Shown here: positions 56,104 to 64,000 of the stretch, one piece after another | Layout of the letters: each line of letters begins with the position of its first letter | Position numbering within the stretch: position 1 is the first letter of the stretch | Assembly: GCA_964016885.1 (NCBI GenBank) | Contig: OZ024755.1 | Coordinates: 12,090,001-12,154,000 of the forward strand | DNA from: Eledone cirrhosa | Lineage: Eukaryota | DNA: 64,000 nt | Reading direction: 5' to 3' | Made by a program: the position numbers and the translations under genes | The notes under the pieces: model-generated | What the model was told of the DNA's origin: nothing | The model's database searches: none | The model's input: the letters and a program-made list of their open reading frames with translations, nothing else

Positions 56104-57698
56104 CAGTGGCGGACATGGAAGTAAGAACACTTTTTATTTTGCATGTAACTTTTTAGTTATTTTGTTTCTGTAACTTTGCAATATGCCAAAAGAAGGAGAA
56201 ATAATTTCTCTATTGCTATCTCTGTTATTAAGCCAATTAGTAAAGCGAACCAGTTTTTATGGCTCATTAACGCAATTATAGCAAGATTTTGGCGGACGTG
56301 GAAGTAAGAACACTTTGCATTTCCTATGTTTACTTTCTTCATAGCTACTCTAGCAAATTTTAGATTTGTATAATAAAATATGATGTTATATATGACATTT
56401 TTCTTTTTTCCAGCATTTTATTATTATGGGGAGAAAAAGAGATTTGAGTCCTACTAAACGGGCACGGATCGTCGAGTTGAGAAAGTTGAATTTTTCCTTC
56501 CGCGTGATTTCTAAGATGACAACATGCAGCTCCACTGCTTGTATTCAAGCCTGGCGCACTTGGGAACGTACAGGATCATACAAATCGAAGCCAAAACCAG
56601 GACCAAGTCGAAAAACGGACGATCGCCAGGATAGAGCGATTGGCCGGTCATCAGAAAATGACCGAAAAAAGACTGCTGTCGAGATCTGCTCCGAAGTGAA
56701 CACTTCCCACAACTCGGATATCTCAGTCAGAACTGTCCGTCGTCGTCTGCGCGAAATCGAAATCAATGGTCGCATCGCCAGACGTGTTCCGCTCATCTCA
56801 CTCGCCAACCGTCGCAAACGACTTGCATTCGCATACAAATATCTCGCATGGACACCCGCTGATTGGCGCAAAGTCCTATTTTCAGATGAAAGTCTATTCA
56901 CCATGGTCGGATCAGATGACAAGACTTATGTCAGAAGGAGAACACACGAGGAATTCGATGATCGGTGTTCTCAAAAAACGGTGAAACATGGTGGAAAATC
57001 GATCATGTTCTGGGGTGCACTTTCGGCTATGGGCACCGGTCCCCTTGTTCCTATTTCCGGCAGTATGAACCAGAACACTTATGTCAAGATCCTGGAAGAC
57101 CATTTGGAGCCCTATGTTGATGAAAATATGCCTTTAAATTGGCAATTTGTGCAAGACAATGCCCCGTGTCATTCTGCAAAATCGGTTAAGCAATTTTTTC
57201 ATGAGAAAAAATGGAAGGTCATCGATTGGCCTCCTCAATCGCCAGACTTAAATTGTATAGAAAACCTGTGGCATTTAATAAAGCGCGAAATTCGACATCA
57301 AAACCCAAAAAACTTTCACGATCTGATGGCCACCATCAACCTGACATGGAACAACTTCAGTTTGGACCAATGCATGAAATTAGTGGAAAGTATGCCTAGA
57401 AGATGTACTGCCGTGATCAAACAGAAAGGATATGCCACCAAATATTGATTTCGACCATAATTCGAGCATTAAATGAAATAAAATAAAAGTGTTCTTACTT
57501 CCATGTCCGCCAAAATGTGGCTATAATTGCGTTAACGAGTCATAAGAACTGGCCTATTTGACTAATTGGCTTAATAACAGAGATAGCGGTAGAGAAATTA
57601 TTTCTCTTTCTTCAGGTATATTGCAAAGTTGCAGAAACGAAATATCAAAAAAGTTACATGCAAAATAAAAAGTGTTCTTACTTCCATGTCCGCCACTG
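56104..57698 (+). mobile_element. Full-length Tc1-family DNA transposon with IR/DR-type long terminal inverted repeats
   Basis: Begins CAGTGGCGGACATGGAAGTAAGAACAC and ends with its exact reverse complement. Flanked by TA at 56102-56103 and 57699-57700. TIRs of ~213 bp (56104-56316, 57486-57698) each carry an outer and an inner copy of GGCGGAC(A/G)TGGAAGTAAGAACACTTT. Confidence 0.97.
56426..57448 (+). CDS. Tc1 transposase (DD34E), 340 aa, uninterrupted
   Basis: N-terminal paired-like HTH region (ISVRTVRRRL). Catalytic motifs VLFSDES, FVQDNAPCH and WPPQSPDLNCIENLW, with 34 residues between the second D and E. C-terminal SMPRRCTAVIKQKGYATKY is typical of Tc1. Confidence 0.97.
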   Translation: MGRKRDLSPTKRARIVELRKLNFSFRVISKMTTCSSTACIQAWRTWERTGSYKSKPKPGPSRKTDDRQDRAIGRSSENDRKKTAVEICSEVNTSHNSDISVRTVRRRLREIEINGRIARRVPLISLANRRKRLAFAYKYLAWTPADWRKVLFSDESLFTMVGSDDKTYVRRRTHEEFDDRCSQKTVKHGGKSIMFWGALSAMGTGPLVPISGSMNQNTYVKILEDHLEPYVDENMPLNWQFVQDNAPCHSAKSVKQFFHEKKWKVIDWPPQSPDLNCIENLWHLIKREIRHQNPKNFHDLMATINLTWNNFSLDQCMKLVESMPRRCTAVIKQKGYATKY

Positions 57699-58198
57699 TA
57701 TATAAGAAAAATTTTCTAAGCAATGTTCCAAACATCAGTTTAATAATGAAAAAATATTAATCTTGCTAAATTTCTTCTATTATTATTTTTAAATTTCATT
57801 AGAAATATGGTAACAAGGAGGTTAATATTACATTTATTTATAATGCACAAGTCTAATTGTTATTCAAGATTGAATAAAACAAATTGAATCGTTCACATTC
57901 CTGTATTTTAGTAATGTAATTTAAACAGGGTTGTCTACATCGAGGCTTGACCTGTTAGGAACAACAGCAAACGACTCCTTGATATGTTAAATAACAAAAG
58001 GACACATAGAATGTAACCCTAGATTGTTGTTATAGCTCACACCATTATATTGTTAGCATCTAAACACAGATATAGAAGACAATAAGCCCAACTAAAGAAG
58101 AAAATGATATTCTCTAATGAGATGTATTATATTAGCTGGAATGCTTCAGGTGTTGTTTGATTAGAGCTGATGTTGATATCAAGGACAAGGATTTTCAT

Positions 58199-58918
58199 AA
58201 TGACTTCCTTCCTCTGAGGAAGGAAAATCATGATAACAAGGATTTGAACTAAAAATGTAGATGTATGAAAGTAAAAGGTTTCATATTTACACAAATACAC
58301 AGCCATCGATTCACACACACACACACATATATATATACACACATACATATATATATATATGCACACACACACACATATATATATATATATGATGGCTGCT
58401 CTTCGTTATCGAGTTTGGCCATTGCACGATATACCATTATTAATAATTATTAATTAATTCTATCGTACAATGCCTGTGCGTGAAGATTTTTTTTAAAGTG
58501 AGGAAAGACTGTGCACTGAGCCAATCCCACTCTCTGAGCAACAGTAGCTATAACCCGAAAAGAAGAAAAGATCAACATCACCAGTAACTACTGAGCCGCA
58601 GGTTTTATCTCGGAGTTATCCCAGTTTCCTGAGTTGCCTTCTCCTAGAAGAATGCTCTGAGAAAGGCTAGGGTCCTTCACTCCCAGTGGTTTAACTGCAC
58701 GATCGGGTGTCCAGCCCGACTATTTCTATGCCCTCACGCATATACATACACATGCACCCATGTATATACACATATACATATGTACATGTGTATATACATA
58801 TTTACACACTCTTGAATGGCCATTGACTCTTGAGTTCTTCCGCCCTTTGTCAAGTTTTGTTGACCATGCGACAGGTTGTACTGGGTTACATGTTACCAGT
58901 AGCACTCAAGAGTGACCC

Positions 58919-59003
<85 letters not shown>

Positions 59004-59250
59004 TATATATATACATAGACACAAACACGTACATACATTTTAGTAATGACTTCCCTCCTCTGAGGAAGGAAAATCATGATATCAAGGATTTGAACTCAAA
59101 ATGTAGATGTATGAAAGTAAAAGGTTTCATATTCACACATATACACAGCCATCGATCCACACACACACATATATATATATATACACACATACATATATAT
59201 ATATGCACATACACACACACACACACACATATTTATATATATATATATAT
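58199..59250. repeat. Local ~190-bp direct duplication (58199-58390 and 59045-59250)
   Basis: AATGACTTCC(T/C)TCCTCTGAGGAAGGAAAATCATGATA...CAGCCATCGAT occurs twice. Confidence 0.85.
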
Positions 59251-60521
59251 ATACACACATATATTCACATATGTATGCACACACATATACAAATACATAC
59301 ATACACTTACTTTTAGTAGCATAAGGGGCATCACATACACACTCATATATACACAATGTACCTCAAAAGTTACTATCTATTTGGGTGTACTTATTGCTAC
59401 TCAAAATAGATAGTGATGTTTGAAATACTGCATACATACCTATATAAATATAACAGAGTTCAATCAACAAGATCCAACATCCAAGTTAGAGTGGAACTTG
59501 TCAAATCAGACAAGGAAACAATGTTTCTATTGGTCTTTCTAATGCTGATATTATCTACCAATTGCAACTCATATATATATATACTTACATGTTTATATAC
59601 ATGCACATATATATATACACAAACACATATATATACACACACACATCATCATCATCATCATTGCATTTTACGTCCGCTTTTTCCCTGCTTGCAAGGGTGG
59701 GACGGGAACTGATTCTGGCTTGATTTCTACAGCTGGATGCTCTTCCTAGTGAGTGCTGGATGTTTTTTTGCCGTGGCACCTGCACGACCACTTTGCAGTG
59801 GAATGATATGGACCCCAGTCTATATCATCTCATTTCTACAACTGAGTAAGCTGGAGCAATGTGAAATAAAGTGTCTTGCTCAAGGAAACAACACATCACC
59901 CGGTCTGAGAATTGAACTCAGACCGGGTGATGTGTTGTTTCCTTGAGCAAGACATATATATATATACTTATATACTATAAAATTGTGTCCATAGAATCAT
60001 TTGATAAGATATATACACCATTTCCTCTCCCAGTCAGCATAATCAACCAAACAAAAAAACAATTAAACCAGGCTATAAGATTAAAAGGCACCTATGAAGA
60101 AATAATAGATAAATAAACGACAGCCATCTATTCGCGATCAACAGTTATAGAATATTTACCCAGCATTTCAATAGCATGTGAAATCGATTAAATATATTGT
60201 CAACCATACACAATTAGGTATACAATTAAAGTTAGAAGAAAAACTGTATATAAAACAAACCAGGATTATGTTTCATATACTTATATATATATATTCACAT
60301 ACAAACATGTATACAGAGACAAATATATATATATACACACACATAAATATACATGCATACATAGATATATATGTATACACATACATAGATTATTTTTTTT
60401 TTTTGGGGGGGGGGGGGTCTTAGCCAAAAGGCCAATGTCATTATGATTTAACATCTGTTTTTCATGCTAGCATAAGTTTTATGGTGATTACATGTATTTA
60501 TGTGTGTGTGTATGTATATAC

Positions 60522-60549
60522 ACTACATATTGGTCTTAGCCAAAAGGCC
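60522..60549 (-). pseudogene. U2 snRNA 5'-end fragment (duplicated at 60417-60433)
   Basis: TCTTAGCCAAAAGGCC is the exact reverse complement of conserved U2 GGCCTTTTGGCTAAGA. The upstream ACTACATATTGG approximates the reverse complement of U2 TCAAGTGTAGT. Confidence 0.6.
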
Positions 60550-63477
60550 AATTATATATATATATATATATATATACAGAGAGAGGGGGGGTACAATGCG
60601 TCACCATATCTATCAAAGCCATACAATATAATTAAACAATGACATGACCCAGCGTTACAGAACACTGACCTGATTATATCATAATGATGTTAACCAATGT
60701 TTCATTCAGCTGAAAGTAAATGCTTGACATGCAAAAATCTCAATTGCAAGATTGCAACAGTAACTATTTATAGTTCAAGTTCACTATCAGATAAAGATAT
60801 TTAAATATCAGACTGATAACAAGCTTTTGTTATTTTGGTGACTTTTTTTTTTTTAGATAAGGCACAAAACCAGCTGCTGATATGAAATGATTCACAGTAT
60901 ATTACTGGTAGAATCAGGGCCATTTCCTGGGCATTTAACACCTTCGGCTAAGCCTACATTATGCACACCTTACTCACAAATAAAATATTTTCAAAATAGT
61001 TTGATAAGCTGACGAACCTTGTTTGTGACGCATTTTGCTCTGACAACAAGAAAATTATTAACCCTGCATTTCCCATTACACTATCCATATTCACCACTCT
61101 ATATCATGTCTCATTTCATAACACCATACGACTCTATTGCAACAAAAATGTTTAGTGATTTGTTTATTGATCATAGGAAATATATATTGAATTCTATTAT
61201 AGACATTTATATAAAAGAGTAATCTTTTAAGATTCAGTAATACACCCTACAATGTGCACTTCATCCTCTCAAATGATATAATTTCAACTAGACTTTGACA
61301 CTTCTTGCTCTGACAACACTAAGAAAATGACTAAGCCTACATTTTTCACTACACAGTCCACAGCCATGCAGGTCATAGCAACATATGACCCTCTCAACCG
61401 CTTTTGACATATGACCCTCTCAACTGCTTTGGATACAGAGAGAGGGGGGAGTGGGTAAATTGAAGGAAAGAAAGAAGGAATGAAAGAAACAAAGAAAGAA
61501 AGATATTTTTCATGGAGGGTTCAGAAAAATATAAATGAAATTTAAATACAAAACTGTGATATCTTTCTTGTAACTAGACAACTGGCCAAATATTTTGTAT
61601 GGGTAGAGTATTGTTGATTAAATTGAACCATATACTACTACAAATATTTATTTCATTTCCTCAATTCTTCTGGCTTGGCCTTTTGTTGCCATATTTCTAA
61701 TGAAATATGCTGCTAATGTGTTTCAATTCATTTTGAAAATAATCAAAAATTGTAAAAGGATTTGGTAAAATAACTAACTTTTCATTATTAAACTGATGTT
61801 TGCAACATTACTTAAATACTTCTTACATAATATTATATTGGAAGGTTTTAACCCATTTGATGCCAAACAACCTAAAACTGGTTCTTTGATATAAAACTGT
61901 TTATTTCAAAGTGTTTTATTTATCTAAAATTCTTCCATCATAATTTCATATAAAAATTTTTTTGTTAAATTATGCTCTTAACACAAACTTAATAACAACG
62001 TTATTTAAAAAATGTTTCACAGTCATATAGCATTTATTGTGCTTATTACTATGGACGGAGTGAACGACCTCTGTTGAATATGTCAACTATTTAGAGGGTT
62101 TCATACAAATATTTTAAACACTAAATGAATAGAGTGTACTCAAATATCACAACAACAATGATGCAGACATGGTGTGAGGTAGTGCTCTCTGCTGTGCAGA
62201 ACCCCAACAGACAGAATGCAGAAAGCATTGACCTGAAGGATGGCGGGGAGACATATTGAAATAGATTAGTTATATTACTGATTATTTTAAGTTATTTGAA
62301 ACTCATAGGCAGTGCATTTTATTAGAAGTATGGCAACAGATTAATATAAGTATGAACACTTTAAAACAATGTTGTATCATAGATTCAGAAGAAGTTTCAG
62401 GCAGGTTGGCACCAAAAGGGTTAAATTTGGGTGTTATAACAGCACCAGATTTTAATTTTCACTTTATTTCAACCAAACAAACTTTCCACCAACCATTTTC
62501 TCAGCTGCTAACTTTCACATTATATTCCTCCACAAGAAATTTTGTTGGATATCTTTCAAAGCTGCTCAAGGCAACAAGTGACAAAATTTATTCAATTAGT
62601 CATCCATAAAGGATAACCATTCACTTACTTATCTAATAGACATTATCTGTCCTATCGATAGGTTGGTTGTCTAATGTTATAGTGAAGGCAGCTTAGTGGT
62701 TATAACATTGGATTCGCAATTATGAGGCTGTGAATTTGATTACCAGACCGAGCGGTACATTCTGTTCTTGAGCAAGTCACTTTATTTCATGTTACCCCAG
62801 TTCACTCTGCTGCAGAAGTGATTTGTGACATCAATGGTGCCAATCTGTATCAACCCTTGCCTTTCCCTTGCACTACATCGGTGGCATGGAGAAGGAAGAC
62901 TAGCATGCATGGACAATTACGGGTCTTCTACAAAAACACCTTGTCCATCTTGTGTTTCATAGGGGAACTCTCTAGGTGCAAAACCCATGGTCATTCATAA
63001 CCAAAAGGGGTTTTCCCATAACGTTATATAGGAGTGAATTGTCAGATCAGGCCAAGGAAATATTGCTGATACTATCTGCCAGTTGCAACTCCTGACAGAA
63101 GGAGGTAGAGTTTGTACACAGAGTGCACAGAGCCAGGTCAGTTACAGCAAAGCATCATATCTGATACTTTAATGATTCCGCCAGTCCACTGCTCCTGGTC
63201 TGGTACATTATCAACACCAAAAGAATGAAAGACAAAGTTGACCTCGACTGGATTTGAACTCAGAGAGCTAAAATAAATAGTGAGACATTTAATCCAACTA
63301 CCATCTGGGCCACTTATTGTCACTGTAGGCCAAATGTTTTCGTTAATATTTTATTGATTTTGTTTCTATTCATAATATAATTTTTTTTTTTTTATATGTA
63401 AATATATGTTTGAAAAATAATAATAAAACAGATCCTAGAGCATTTTATCTAAAAGTATACATTATTAAGCTTCCTGC

Positions 63478-63660
63478 GGTGGATTGGCAGTATCAGTAGA
63501 GGGTCGGACGCCATGCTTTCCAGCATAGTTACGTCCCTTTACGATCTGAGTTCAAATCCCGCCGAGGTTGACTTTGCCTTTCATCCTTACGGGGTCGATA
63601 AAATAAAGTACCAGTAATGCACTGGGTAATTGCTGGTCTTGTGCCTAAAGTAGAAACAAT
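63478..63660 (+). mobile_element. SINE family A
   Basis: Full copy; TSD AGCTTCCTGC (63468-63477, 63666-63675). Confidence 0.9.
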
Positions 63661-63679
63661 TAAGCAGCTTCCTGCAAAA

Positions 63680-64000
63680 ATACGCCGTATTTTTACTAAG
63701 ACAGTTAGCCTAATATTTTGAGTTATAAAATCCCCCAGATTGGAAAAAGGATGAGTATTGACGTACATGAGACACGAACCCATATTTTTGGGTATCATAG
63801 CCACCGCGCTTAACCAGTACACAAATACCTCACCCACAAAACATCCAATCAATTTGAAGCTATATAATCATAGCGTTGCTTTGAAAATTACCTTTGTTTA
63901 CAAACGACGGAGAATTTGAAAATTAGTGAAATATAGCTTCCGCCGTATTTTTGACTAAGTAAATTAGCCTAATAGTTGGAGTTATAAAAACCCCCAGATT
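63680..64000. repeat. Start of a ~260-bp tandem repeat running off the window
   Basis: CGCCGTATTTTT...TTAGCCTAATA...GAGTTATAAAA..CCCCCAGATT at ~63683 and ~63941. Confidence 0.7.

Overview
AT-rich, repeat-dense eukaryotic DNA with no recognisable host-gene exon. The SINE and RTE repertoire and the abundant (TA)n/(CA)n/(GA)n microsatellites suggest a cephalopod, probably Octopus; this is an inference from pattern recognition. Most ORFs in the supplied track are microsatellite artefacts. Real coding or mobile content: (1) an apparently intact 1595-bp Tc1 (DD34E) transposon with IR/DR-type ends and TA target duplication (56104-57698); (2) a 5'-truncated Tx1/L1-clade retrotransposon with a 21-bp TSD in a (TCTA)n tract (49073-50023); (3) several 5'-truncated RTE LINE copies, one showing a PHD-like Zn finger just before the final RT motif; (4) three tRNA-derived SINE families; (5) a TTAA-duplicating piggyBac-like MITE family, two Helentron/HINE-like elements and a mariner MITE. 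The most striking unannotated signal is a set of short inserts in (TA)n tracts, often foldback palindromes, carrying type-I hammerhead ribozyme folds. Two have canonical cores, one has a compensatory U3-A8 core, and others have U4 variants. They are most likely Penelope-like element or retrozyme remnants from several distinct families.
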